From positions 960,001 through 1,024,000 of the forward strand of contig OY781089.1 of the NCBI GenBank assembly GCA_963676565.1: DNA of 64,000 nt, written 5' to 3'. Position 1 is the first letter of the stretch. Each line of letters starts with the position of its first letter. The position numbers and the translations under genes were made by a program. The notes beneath the pieces were generated by a model. That model had not been told where the DNA came from, did not search any database, and saw only the letters and a list, made by a program, of their open reading frames with translations. Below are positions 61,602 to 64,000 of the stretch, piece after piece. This DNA comes from Halarcobacter sp. GTDB taxonomy: Bacteria; Campylobacterota; Campylobacteria; Campylobacterales; Arcobacteraceae.

Positions 61602-64000
61602 TTATAAGTTATCCATCACAAATTTTTTAGCAGCTTCTTTTGCTTCTTCTATTTTTGAAACATCTTTACCACCAGCTTGTGCGAAGTCAGGTCTTCCACC
61701 TCCACCTCCACCAACAACTGGAGCAACCGCTTTAATCCAATCACCAGCTTTTACAGCTGTATTTTTAGAACCAGCTACAAGCATAACTTTTTCACCTTTT
61801 GCTTGGATTAGTAAGATTGCAACTTTTTCATTTCCATTTTTGTAATCATCAACTATTTTTTTAATATCGCCATTTTTAACAATATCAACAACAACTTTTG
61901 TATCCCCTACCATCTCTTCATTAATAGGTGTTGCACTTTGACTTTGAGCCTCTTCAAGTTCTTTTTTAAGTTCTTTAATCTGATCTTTTAGTTTTTTAAT
62001 TCCTAAAACAGCATCTTTATTTTTAACTTCGCTAATAACTTCATTTAAAGTTGAAAGAGCATCTTTTGTGTATTTTGTTGCTGCAAGTCCACATACTGCT
62101 TCTATTCTTCTTACTCCAGCACTTACACCTGATTCTTTTGTAATATAAAAGCTTCCAATATCATGGGCATTTTTAACATGTGTTCCACCACAAAATTCTA
62201 CTGATACATCTCCAAAGCTAACTACTCTTACCATATCACTATATTTTTCACCAAACATAGCAATAGCACCTTTTTGTTTAGCTTCATCTATTGGTAGTTC
62301 TTCTACATCACCACTTAAGCCTCTTGCAATCATAGAATTTACTAAATCTTCAACCTCTTCAATTTGGTTCTCTGTCATAGCCTTAGGATATGTGAAGTCA
62401 AATCTTAATCTTGAAGCATCATTAAGTGAACCTGCTTGAGAAACAGTATCTCCTAACACCATTTTTAAAGCACTTTGTAAAAGGTGAGTTGCAGAGTGAT
62501 GTTTTGCTATTTCGTATCTATTTACAACAACAGCATCAACATTTTCATCAACATTTAAATCTGAACTTTCTACTTTTACTTTTGAAAGGTTTATACCATG
62601 AAATTTTTGTGTATCTTCAACAATAGCAATATGTCTATTATCTTCTAATGCTCCAATATCTCCACTTTGTCCACCACTTGTTGCATAAAATGGAGTTTTG
62701 TCAAGCATTACCCAACCAGTTTGTCCCTTTGTTAGTTTTGAAACTTCATTAAAGCTTTCATCTAATAGTGCAACTATTTTACTTTTGTATGAGACATTAT
62801 CATATCCAACAAATTCATTTACACCATATTTCTCAAGTAATGTTTTAAAATCACCTTCTAATGCAGCATCTCCACTACCTTTCCATGCAGCTTTAGCTTT
62901 TTTCTTTTGCTCTGCCATAAGTGCATCAAATTTTTCAACATCAACTTCAATGTTTTTATCCCTTAACATATCTTGTGTTAAGTCTAAAGGGAAACCTTTT
63001 TCGTCATATAATTTAAATGCAATTTCACCTGAAAATAAATCTTTTGTATTTGTTAATTCTTCATTAAATAGTGTCATACCTGAGTCAATTGTTTTAAAGA
63101 ATCTTTCTTCTTCTAAAGTCATTTGCTCTTTTACATACTCTTTTTGTTCAACTAATTCACTATAGTGATGACCCATAATATCACATAAACTATCATAAAG
63201 TTCAGCCATAAATGGTTTTCTAAATCCTAAAAGATATCCATGTCTAACGGCTCTTCTCATAATTCTTCTATTTACGTAAGGTCTTCCTTCGTTTCCAAAT
63301 AAAATTCCTTGAGAAAGCATAAATGCATTTGCTCTTAGGTGATCAGCAATTACTCTATATGAACCTATATTTTCTTTAGTAGCAGCTTTTCCAGCTAAGC
63401 TTTCAAGTTTTTTAATAATTGGCTGAAAATTTGAAGAATCAAAGTTGTTTAAAACTCCTTCTTTAATTGCCATAACTCTTTCAAGTCCCATTCCTGTATC
63501 AATTGAAGGTTTTGGAAGAGGAGTTCTTGTTCCATCACTGCTTTGTTCATACTGCATAAATACCAAGTTCCAAATTTCTAGGAATCTGTCACCATCTCCA
63601 CCCATTTTATCTTCTGGACCATTGAAATTTTCTTCACCTTGGTCATAGAAAATTTCAGAACAAGGACCACATGGACCTGTATCTCCCATAGACCAAAAGT
63701 TGTCTTTATCTCCAAATCTTAAGATTCTACTAGAATCAATATGTTTAGTCCAAATATCAAAGGCTTCATCATCACTGTCATGAACAGTTACCCAAAGCTT
63801 CTCAATAGGTAACTCTAGATTTACTGTAATAAACTCCCATGCATATGCAATTGCATCCTCTTTAAAATAATCACCAAAAGAAAAATTCCCTAACATCTCA
63901 AATAATGTATGGTGACGTGCTGTATAACCAACATTCTCCAAGTCATTATGTTTACCACCAGCTCTTACACATAGCTGACAAGATGTTGCAGTTGGATTTT
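61602..64000 (-). CDS. alaS: Alanyl-tRNA synthetase, 5' end outside window
   Basis: The frame stays open to the window edge ([15 protein letters not shown]); [36 protein letters not shown]. Confidence 0.98.
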   Translation of the reverse strand, partial: NPTATSCQLCVRAGGKHNDLENVGYTARHHTLFEMLGNFSFGDYFKEDAIAYAWEFITVNLELPIEKLWVTVHDSDDEAFDIWTKHIDSSRILRFGDKDNFWSMGDTGPCGPCSEIFYDQGEENFNGPEDKMGGDGDRFLEIWNLVFMQYEQSSDGTRTPLPKPSIDTGMGLERVMAIKEGVLNNFDSSNFQPIIKKLESLAGKAATKENIGSYRVIADHLRANAFMLSQGILFGNEGRPYVNRRIMRRAVRHGYLLGFRKPFMAELYDSLCDIMGHHYSELVEQKEYVKEQMTLEEERFFKTIDSGMTLFNEELTNTKDLFSGEIAFKLYDEKGFPLDLTQDMLRDKNIEVDVEKFDALMAEQKKKAKAAWKGSGDAALEGDFKTLLEKYGVNEFVGYDNVSYKSKIVALLDESFNEVSKLTKGQTGWVMLDKTPFYATSGGQSGDIGALEDNRHIAIVEDTQKFHGINLSKVKVESSDLNVDENVDAVVVNRYEIAKHHSATHLLQSALKMVLGDTVSQAGSLNDASRLRFDFTYPKAMTENQIEEVEDLVNSMIARGLSGDVEELPIDEAKQKGAIAMFGEKYSDMVRVVSFGDVSVEFCGGTHVKNAHDIGSFYITKESGVSAGVRRIEAVCGLAATKYTKDALSTLNEVISEVKNKDAVLGIKKLKDQIKELKKELEEAQSQSATPINEEMVGDTKVVVDIVKNGDIKKIVDDYKNGNEKVAILLIQAKGEKVMLVAGSKNTAVKAGDWIKAVAPVVGGGGGGRPDFAQAGGKDVSKIEEAKEAAKKFVMDNL

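Overview
AT-rich chromosomal window from a Campylobacterota bacterium, most likely Arcobacteraceae (inferred from gene order and protein style). 1-22.7 kb: a nitrate/nitrite/cyanate assimilation region (nirBD, PP2C-Ser/Thr kinase fusion, cynS, FNT channel, heme-c sensor kinase plus response regulator, assimilatory nitrate reductase, nrtABD). Its promoters share a GTAT-N7-ATAC palindrome. The region is interrupted at about 10.25-15.1 kb by a mosaic with integron-like sites and higher-GC genes. 22.8-41.2 kb: core genes (ctpA-purC-purS-purQ-plsC-crcB-tatA-argS, nadD/rsfS, pgk-tpiA-fabI, lysA-pheA-hisC-dxs), with a small hairpin element apparently inserted in the last codons of fabI. 41.2-56.9 kb: the best candidate for an undescribed system, a Tad/Flp-type pilus locus. 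Its three pilin-like proteins have a non-canonical cleavage motif (acidic residue at +3, no E+5/Y+6), it encodes a large Ig/DUF4114-like adhesin, and it is linked to a glycosylation module (UGM-like flavoprotein, GT-C-like protein, O-antigen-ligase-like protein, GtrA). 56.9-64 kb: maf, transporters, NlpC/P60, SIMPL and a partial alaS. All calls come from motif recognition by eye; no searches were run.
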